DNA of 38,747 nucleotides from a virus: IMG/VR virus record IMGVR_UViG_3300000929_000001; one strand, 5' to 3'. Shown piece by piece: positions 33,192 to 38,747 of this stretch (position 1 is its first letter; each line of letters starts with the position of its first letter). The notes under the pieces were generated by a model. It saw only the letters and a program-made list of their open reading frames with translations, ran no database searches and was not told where the DNA came from. The position numbers and the translations under genes were made by a program.

Positions 33192-34503
33192 CATCGCCAT
33201 TGTTCCGCGACCGCAACTCGCGAGCTACCTGCACCGCACGCAACGCTGGGCCGTGATGGTCCTGCATCGCCGCGCTGGCAAGTCATTCGTGTGCATCCAA
33301 GACCTCATCGTGAAGGCGCTCCAGCATAAGCGCAGCGGGCCACCGCTCCGCTATGCCTATGTGGCTCCGACCCGCGAGCAGGCGAAGGACATCGCGTGGA
33401 AATACCTTGTCCAATTCACTTCTCAAATCCCCGGAGTGGTCATCAACAAGGCGGATCTCGCTATCACCTTTCACAATGGCGCGACCATCCGACTCTACTC
33501 TGGCGAAGCGTTTGAGCGCCTGCGCGGAATCTACCTCGATGGCGTGGTGATGGACGAGGCGGCTGATCTCGATCCAGCAGCATGGGATAATGTCATCCGG
33601 CCAACCTTAACCGACTACAATGGATGGGCGACATGGGTCGGCACGCCGAAGGGCAGGAACTTATTCTGGAAACAATGGAACCGTGCCTGCGCGGACAGCG
33701 AGTGGTTCTCCCTCATGCAACGTGCGAGCGAGAGCGGAATCATTCCTGCCGCCGAACTCGATGACATCCGCAAGGGGACCACGGAGAATGCCTATCAACA
33801 AGAGTACGAGTGCAGTTTCAACGTGGGACGTCCGGGTGCGATCTATGTGAGGTCACTTGAAAAGGCCCGCGCTGAGAAGCGGGTGACCAATGACATCCTG
33901 TGGTTCAAGGAACTGCCGGTGTACACCTCATGGGATGTCGGCGCTCCGCTGAACCAGAAGGTGTGGATATGGCAGATGGTCGGCGACCGCATCAATTACA
34001 TCGAGGCGCTCTCTGGTTCAGATGAGTGCGCTACGCCCGCAGACTGGGCAGCACGGCTCAAGGCCAAGCAGTACGGCTACGGAGGCCACTTCATCCCGCA
34101 TGACGCCGCAGCGGAGGTCGGTGGTCTCTGGCAGGAGGCGCTGGGCCGCAGCGGGCTAACAGGCGTCTGCCCTGTGCCGCGGCAGAACAGCGTGTGGGAT
34201 GGCATCAACTTAGCCAACGATGCGTTCCCTCGCATCTCGATCAATGAGTCTGGATGTGCCGATGGGCTAGAGGCGCTCGATGCCTATCACGCCAAGGAGG
34301 AGCGCGATGGCGTAACCATCAAGGACGTGCCGGTGCATGACTGGTCATCGCACTACTCCGATGCGTTCAGCCTCTCGCACCAAGCGATCAAGCGAGGGAT
34401 GGTGATCGACCGCAGCGCGATCCCTCGGAAGGCCGAACGGGGCGAAGCGTCCAGAGTGGTGGCCGGATTCCGAGGGGGTGGATTCGGAAAGGTGCGCCGG
34501 TGA
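33151..34503 (+). CDS. terL: Terminase large subunit
   Basis: Walker A-like HRRAGKS, Walker B GVVMDEAA, and a nuclease-type C-terminal half (HDAAAE...HDWSSHYSDAF). The start is uncertain: GTG at 33151, or GTG at 33178. Confidence 0.8.
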   Translation: MRWKSTSPSVAKINIAIVPRPQLASYLHRTQRWAVMVLHRRAGKSFVCIQDLIVKALQHKRSGPPLRYAYVAPTREQAKDIAWKYLVQFTSQIPGVVINKADLAITFHNGATIRLYSGEAFERLRGIYLDGVVMDEAADLDPAAWDNVIRPTLTDYNGWATWVGTPKGRNLFWKQWNRACADSEWFSLMQRASESGIIPAAELDDIRKGTTENAYQQEYECSFNVGRPGAIYVRSLEKARAEKRVTNDILWFKELPVYTSWDVGAPLNQKVWIWQMVGDRINYIEALSGSDECATPADWAARLKAKQYGYGGHFIPHDAAAEVGGLWQEALGRSGLTGVCPVPRQNSVWDGINLANDAFPRISINESGCADGLEALDAYHAKEERDGVTIKDVPVHDWSSHYSDAFSLSHQAIKRGMVIDRSAIPRKAERGEASRVVAGFRGGGFGKVRR

Positions 34504-34895
34504 AGCGCGAACTGGAACTCCAAATCCTCGATCTCTACCGGCGCTACCCGCAGCCGCGATCCTTCTCGGAGGAAGTCGAATTGACCGCTTGGAATGGGGT
34601 CGTCATCAACACTGAGGACTTCTTTATGCTCGCCCGTCCGGTGGATATCCACGACCCGCAGGAACGGTGGCGCGATGCCGCCTACACATACCACAGGTTG
34701 TGTCAGAACTGCTGGCTGATCGCAATATATTGTGGTATCAGTCAAAATAATCCTTGCCATTTCGCCCCTTACACCCTTCCGTTAGTCGCATGGAGTCGTC
34801 GGAATCGACCTCTCCGAATTTACGAAACCTCGAAAATAAAACCACGATGCGACTCATTGACCACCAACTCAACCCCATCCTCTCGCCCGTCCTAG
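34500..34895 (+). CDS. Hypothetical protein
   Basis: GTG start overlapping the terL stop. It is strongly GC3-biased for the first ~75 codons. The 3' third is AT-rich and the end is uncertain. Confidence 0.4.
   Translation: MKRELELQILDLYRRYPQPRSFSEEVELTAWNGVVINTEDFFMLARPVDIHDPQERWRDAAYTYHRLCQNCWLIAIYCGISQNNPCHFAPYTLPLVAWSRRNRPLRIYETSKIKPRCDSLTTNSTPSSRPS
34735..34748 (-). repeat. Motif copy in inverted orientation (ATTTTGACTGATAC on the minus strand)
   Basis: The + strand reads GTATCAGTCAAAAT inside ORF 34500. It matches 13 of 14 positions plus the flanking C. Confidence 0.6.
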
Positions 34896-35221
34896 CTTGG
34901 TTCGGAGGTGGACCAAAGGGTCCAAGTGAAGCCGAAAAAGCCGCCGCCGCAGCGCAAATGAAGGCAGCGGAAGAACGTGCTCAAGCGCAGCAAGCGATGA
35001 TGCAAAAGCAGATGCGGGATCAAGAGTTGGCGGCAGCGAACCAAAAGTATAACGGCCAACTCGCAATGGGCAAGATGGAGGCGAGCAAAGCCGCCCCCGG
35101 CGCTCAAGTGGATCAGAATGCTCCCGACGACCAAGCCGCCGCAGCCAGACGCAGGCAGGGCATGCGAAAGAGCATCCTAGCCGGTGAATCCAACCAAGGA
35201 TATCAGTCCACTCTCGGATAG
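34847..35221 (+). CDS. A/Q-rich coiled-coil protein, possible virion / ejection protein
   Basis: 124 aa from the internal ATG of track ORF 34754..35221. Low-complexity AAAAQMKAAEERAQAQQAMMQKQ with a C-terminal RRRQGMRKSILAGE. Confidence 0.4.
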   Translation: MRLIDHQLNPILSPVLAWFGGGPKGPSEAEKAAAAAQMKAAEERAQAQQAMMQKQMRDQELAAANQKYNGQLAMGKMEASKAAPGAQVDQNAPDDQAAAARRRQGMRKSILAGESNQGYQSTLG

Positions 35222-35234
35222 TTTTGACTGATAC
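35221..35234 (+). repeat. Motif copy GTTTTGACTGATAC
   Basis: Intergenic, 3 nt before the portal ATG. Confidence 0.8.
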
Positions 35235-35237
35235 CCG

Positions 35238-36899
35238 ATGAACGGCAACAATCCCGATCTCGCCGACAAGGTCATTCAGCGTCATGCTGAACTCGTCCAT
35301 CAGCGTGCCTCTTGGGAATCGCTCTGGGAAGACATTGCAAAATATGTGATGCCTCGCAAGGCAGGCATGTTCACGCAAAACACATCGCCCACCACGGACG
35401 ATGAGTCGCAGTTATTTGACGCAACTGCGGTGCGGGCAAACATGATTTTGGCCAATGGTCAACTCTCATGGATGACGCCACTCGAAAGTCGATGGTTCAG
35501 CCTTGAACCTCCGAAGTCGATGGAGTCTGAGGACGAGGTCGAGCAATGGTTCAAGCGTTGTACCGAGGTCATGCAGGCCGAACTCAGCCGATCCAATTTC
35601 TACACGGAAATCCACGAACTCTACTTGGACAGAGGATGCTTTGGGACTGCTGCGATTCTTGTCGAAGGAGGCAAGAACAACTCACTCAATTTTACCAAGC
35701 TCGACATGGGAAGCTTCGCGATCAGCGAAGATGACGAGGGCTACGTCGATACACTCTCCCGCGAGTACGAAGTCACGGCTCGGCAGGCCGCGCTCAAGTT
35801 CGGCATCGAAGCCCTCACCGAGGCGATGCGGAAGGATTTGGAGAAGCCCAACTCCAACAAGAAATTTACCTGCATCCACCTCATATCTCCTCGCGGACCG
35901 GGCGAGATCGAGGATGGCAAGCGTGATGGGGCCAACAAGCCCTACGCCTCTGTCTATGTGGAGAAGGCGACCAAGCATGTCTTCCTCAAGTCGGGCTTCG
36001 ATGAGCAACCGTTCTTTGTCACCCGCTACCTCAAATGGAAGAACAGCGAGTGCTACGGCTACTCGCCAAGCTGGACCGCTCTTCCCGAATGCAAGCAACT
36101 CAACTTCCTTGAGAAGCAACTCGATTCTCTGGCAGAGATTCACGCCTTCCCGCGCATCCTCATCCCTGCTGGGTTCGATGGCGACATCGACCTGCGTGCG
36201 GGAGGCGTGACGTATTTCGATCCGAACAACCCGCAGGCCACCCCGAAGGAATGGGGAACAGGCGGGCGCTACGACATCGGCGTCGAGCGGGCTGAAGGAA
36301 AACGCAAGGCGATCAACGAAGCGTTCCATGTGGACCTCTTCCAGATGTTCGCTCAACTCCAGAAGCAGATGACCGCTCGCGAAGTCGCCGAGCGTGCGAG
36401 CGAAAAGCTCATCCAATTTTCTCCCACATTCGCTCGTCTCACGACTGAGCTATTCAATCCGCTCCTTCGCCGGGTCTTCGCGATCCTTGCGCGTGCTGGC
36501 AAGTTCCCGCCTCCTCCAGAGGCATTTCAGATGACCGGCATGGTTCCCGATCCAGAGGTCTCCTACAACTCGCGGATCGCACTTGCGATCAAATCGCTCG
36601 AAAACGCCGCCTTCATCCGCACCAGCGAGATGCTCCTGCCCTTTGCCAATCTGCGCCCGGAGATGCTGGACAACTTTGACTTCGACGAGATCACCCGTGA
36701 CATGGCCCGCAACGATGGCCTGCCAGCCCGCTGGCTCATGGATGAGGAAATGGTCGCCCAGACCCGCGCACAACGAGCGCAGGCCGCACAGGCACAAGCG
36801 CAGGCAGAGCAGATGGAGCGTCAAGCCGCAGCCATCGGCAAGGTCGGTGGCGTGAAGCAAGACTCGGCCATCGCTCAAATGATCCCCGGTATGGCATGA
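35238..36899 (+). CDS. Portal (head-tail connector) protein, T7 gp8-like
   Basis: 553 aa. The N-terminus RHAELVHQRASWESLWEDIAKYVMPRK...FDATAVRANMILANGQLSWMTPLESRWF fits the podovirus connector pattern. It sits between terL and the scaffold. Confidence 0.8.
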   Translation: MNGNNPDLADKVIQRHAELVHQRASWESLWEDIAKYVMPRKAGMFTQNTSPTTDDESQLFDATAVRANMILANGQLSWMTPLESRWFSLEPPKSMESEDEVEQWFKRCTEVMQAELSRSNFYTEIHELYLDRGCFGTAAILVEGGKNNSLNFTKLDMGSFAISEDDEGYVDTLSREYEVTARQAALKFGIEALTEAMRKDLEKPNSNKKFTCIHLISPRGPGEIEDGKRDGANKPYASVYVEKATKHVFLKSGFDEQPFFVTRYLKWKNSECYGYSPSWTALPECKQLNFLEKQLDSLAEIHAFPRILIPAGFDGDIDLRAGGVTYFDPNNPQATPKEWGTGGRYDIGVERAEGKRKAINEAFHVDLFQMFAQLQKQMTAREVAERASEKLIQFSPTFARLTTELFNPLLRRVFAILARAGKFPPPPEAFQMTGMVPDPEVSYNSRIALAIKSLENAAFIRTSEMLLPFANLRPEMLDNFDFDEITRDMARNDGLPARWLMDEEMVAQTRAQRAQAAQAQAQAEQMERQAAAIGKVGGVKQDSAIAQMIPGMA

Positions 36900-37195
36900 T
36901 GGCTCCCGAAGACAAATCTGCCGCCCTCAAGCGTGAGCGTGAGCGCCAGCGCCTCACCAATGCCTACCACCGTGTATTCAACACGAAGGATGGCGCTCTC
37001 ATCATCGCTGACATCAAGCATCAGTTCGCGACCGACTCGCAGGTCTTTCTCCCCGGCTACGATTTCAACCCCGTGGTCGCCGCCCTTCGCGATGGTCAGC
37101 GGGGCGTTCTCATCCACATCGAGACCATGCTTCGCCGCCCCGTCATCGCCGATGGCGATATCGAAACGCCCAAACGCAAAGTCATCAAAAAATGA
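36896..37195 (+). CDS. Conserved small protein downstream of portal
   Basis: 99 aa with ATGA overlap. YHRVFNTKDGALIIADI...ALRDGQRGVLIHIETML. Confidence 0.45.
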   Translation: MMAPEDKSAALKRERERQRLTNAYHRVFNTKDGALIIADIKHQFATDSQVFLPGYDFNPVVAALRDGQRGVLIHIETMLRRPVIADGDIETPKRKVIKK

Positions 37196-37356
37196 GCAAG
37201 AAAAACACCGACATCCCACCACGCCCCGATATGGACCCCATGCTCGGAGACAAGACCATTGAGCTTGTGGAATGGCTTCGCGACTACGCCCCAGAGGAAT
37301 TCCAAAAGACCTACGCCGGTCGTGAGACCCATCTCGGTTACCACCCCGAAGAGTAG
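37192..37356 (+). CDS. Hypothetical small protein (54 aa)
   Basis: MSKKNTDIPPRPDMDPMLGDKTIELVEWLRDYAPEEFQKTYAGRETHLGYHPEE. ATGA overlap, GC3-rich, below the track cutoff. Confidence 0.4.
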   Translation: MSKKNTDIPPRPDMDPMLGDKTIELVEWLRDYAPEEFQKTYAGRETHLGYHPEE

Positions 37357-37360
37357 GTCT

Positions 37361-37374
37361 GTTTTGACTGATAC
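37361..37374 (+). repeat. Motif copy GTTTTGACTGATAC
   Basis: Intergenic, 5 nt before the scaffold ATG. Confidence 0.8.
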
Positions 37375-37379
37375 CATTT

Positions 37380-38240
37380 ATGGAAGACACCACCGACACC
37401 TCCTCCGAGCAGAGTTTGCTCGACACAGGAGCCGCCAACACCAACGCCGAAGCGCCAGCCGCAACGGAGACGCCCGCAACACCACAACAAGGATACGTCA
37501 ACCCAGACGGCACATTTGCCGAGGGTTGGGCGAATAACCTCCCGGAGGATTCTGCCGCCTACAAGGACACGCTCAGTAAATACAAGAGCGTTCCCGACAT
37601 AGCCAAGGCGCTCGCGAATGCGAATGCGCTGATTGGAAAAAAGCTTGGCGTACCCAATGAGAAATCCTCACCCGAAGAGGTCGCCGCATTTCGTCGTTCG
37701 CTCGGAGTTCCCGATACGATTGACGAGTACAAGTTCGCTCCCGATGCGCTCCCAGAGGGCATGACGTGGGATGACAACAATGTCAAAAACTACGCTGAGA
37801 TCGCCCACAAGCACAACATCCCGCCCTCCGCGATGAAGGCGCTAGTGACCGAACACGCGAAGATGGAGCATTTCAAAATGCAGGGCATGAAGGCGCAGAT
37901 TGAAAAGCAGCATGTCGATGCAGTGAACACCCTCAAGAAGGAGTGGGGAGGGGAGTTTGAGAAGAACATCGGACTTGCAAAGCAGGCCGCGAAGATCGCG
38001 GGAGTCAATGCAAACTCACAGGGATTTGCGGACCCCGAAGTCGTGCGTGGATTCGTTCGCATGGCTCAGATGATGAGCGAGGACAAGGTCGGGCGCTCAA
38101 TGAGTGGCTCAGAGTTTATGACCGGCTCGGCCCGCGCCAAGGACATCATGAGCAATCCCGACAATAGCTGGCACAAGCGGTACATGGAGGGCGACCGCGA
38201 GGCCGCGACTCTGGTGACCGGACTGCTCAAGCAGGGATAA
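37380..38240 (+). CDS. Scaffolding protein
   Basis: 286 aa, acidic and helical. LPEDSAAYKDTLSKYKSVPDIAKALANANALIGKK is typical of T7-like scaffolds. It lies between the portal and the capsid. Confidence 0.65.
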   Translation: MEDTTDTSSEQSLLDTGAANTNAEAPAATETPATPQQGYVNPDGTFAEGWANNLPEDSAAYKDTLSKYKSVPDIAKALANANALIGKKLGVPNEKSSPEEVAAFRRSLGVPDTIDEYKFAPDALPEGMTWDDNNVKNYAEIAHKHNIPPSAMKALVTEHAKMEHFKMQGMKAQIEKQHVDAVNTLKKEWGGEFEKNIGLAKQAAKIAGVNANSQGFADPEVVRGFVRMAQMMSEDKVGRSMSGSEFMTGSARAKDIMSNPDNSWHKRYMEGDREAATLVTGLLKQG

Positions 38241-38246
38241 CAATTT

Positions 38247-38317
38247 CGCGGGGTGGAGAAAAGGTATCTTGCAAGGCCCATACCCTTGAGTTCCGGGTTC
38301 GACTCCCGGCCCCGCAA
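38247..38317 (+). tRNA. tRNA-Met (anticodon CAT), initiator-like
   Basis: Manual cloverleaf. Acceptor CGCGGGG / CCCCGCA with a C1-A72 mismatch. U8. D-arm GAGA-AAAGGTA-TCTT. Anticodon arm CAAGG-CCCATAC-CCTTG. 4-nt variable region. T-arm CCGGG-TTCGACT-CCCGG. Discriminator A. No encoded CCA. Confidence 0.8.
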
Positions 38318-38332
38318 CATTTTTGAAAATAT

Positions 38333-38346
38333 GTTTTGACTGATAC
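38333..38346 (+). repeat. Motif copy GTTTTGACTGATAC
   Basis: Intergenic, 16 nt after the tRNA-Met. Confidence 0.8.
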
Positions 38347-38473
38347 TAAATCGGGCTGAAACGTAAGACCGTCAGAGCAGACACCTCCTTGTTGAGCCTG
38401 CTCCCTAATTACCCGCCGCCGCTGACCCCACACGGGACACTCGGAGAGCGAAGGGAGCAGAACAAATCCATCA

Positions 38474-38487
38474 GTTTCGACTGATAC
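38474..38487 (+). repeat. Motif copy GTTTCGACTGATAC
   Basis: Intergenic, 26 nt before the capsid ATG. Locally ATCAGT-TTCG-ACTGAT can form a hairpin. Confidence 0.8.
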
Positions 38488-38513
38488 CAACCCAACTCAA
38501 CTAAAGGAATAAA

Positions 38514-38747
38514 ATGGCTAACTTAAACGGCGTTCTCACGAACATCCCCGATCACTACACAACCCAGTTCGACAGCAACTGGAAACACCTCGTTCAGCAA
38601 AAGAATTCTAAGCTGAAAGAATATGTCACGATTGATTCAATCGAAGGCAAAGAAAAATCCTACAATCAAATCGACGCAACCTCGATGACTCAGATCACGG
38701 ATCGCTCACGCGACACCCGTATCTCCGATCAAGCGATGGCCAAGCGT
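38514..38747 (+). CDS. Major capsid protein, 5' part (continues at nt 24 after the 23-nt junction overlap)
   Basis: ATG at 38514 preceded by AAAGGAA. MANLNGVLTNIPDHYTTQFDSNWKHLVQQKNSKLKEY... is open to the window end and in frame with ORF 12..695. Confidence 0.8.
   Translation, partial: MANLNGVLTNIPDHYTTQFDSNWKHLVQQKNSKLKEYVTIDSIEGKEKSYNQIDATSMTQITDRSRDTRISDQAMAKR

Noticed and set aside
12854-38487. The repeated 14-mer as a CRISPR array, or as a sigma70 promoter using its TTGACT as the -35 element.
   Set aside because: The copies are kilobases apart with no regular spacing, so it is not a CRISPR array. Checking 16-18 nt downstream of TTGACT in four copies gives no consistent -10 hexamer (AGCACT, AACAAT, ACACCA, AAACGT). 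The resemblance to the T7 promoter is only the pentamer CGACT, and no phage RNAP is present.
38066-38490. Minus-strand ORFs 38066..38320 and 38227..38490.
   Set aside because: They run antisense through the scaffold 3' end, the tRNA-Met and the non-coding spacer, with a tRNA-shadow peptide (ESNPELKGMG). There is no supporting start context.

Overview
The window is a complete, circularly closed phage or prophage genome. The last 23 nt (38725..38747) repeat nt 1..23, giving about 38,724 unique bp, and the major capsid gene wraps the junction.

Gene order is that of a T7-like podovirus morphogenesis module: terS, terL, portal, scaffold, capsid, gp11-like adaptor, fibres, nozzle, internal virion proteins. 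I found no phage RNA or DNA polymerase. Instead there is a temperate and recombination module:
- attP carrying the 3' part of a tRNA-Leu(CAA)
- a tyrosine integrase, two ribbon-helix-helix (RHH) proteins and an excisionase-type HTH
- a RecT-like annealase plus a Cas4/RecB-like exonuclease
- a DUF1376-type replication organiser, a DnaC-like loader and a RusA-like resolvase

All convincing genes are on the + strand except one (27057..27314).

The features that stand out most:
1. The gp11-like adaptor domain is amplified six-fold across three consecutive ORFs (2+3+1 domains). The last two ORFs are separated only by an in-frame TAA.
2. A strand-biased 14-15 nt motif, GTTTYGRCTGATAC(C), occurs 11 times, only in the late half of the genome. 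It often sits 1-26 nt before late-gene start codons.
3. A 2,828-aa ejection-type polyvalent protein carries two diphtheria-toxin-like ADP-ribosyltransferase (ART) signatures and a kinase-like domain.
4. A phage-encoded initiator-like tRNA-Met(CAT) lies between the scaffold and capsid genes.
5. Several AT-rich domain-sized islands sit inside the tail and virion ORFs.

All functional calls come from motif reading by eye. No database search was run. Most other ORFs in the six-frame track are off-frame shadows of the + strand genes.
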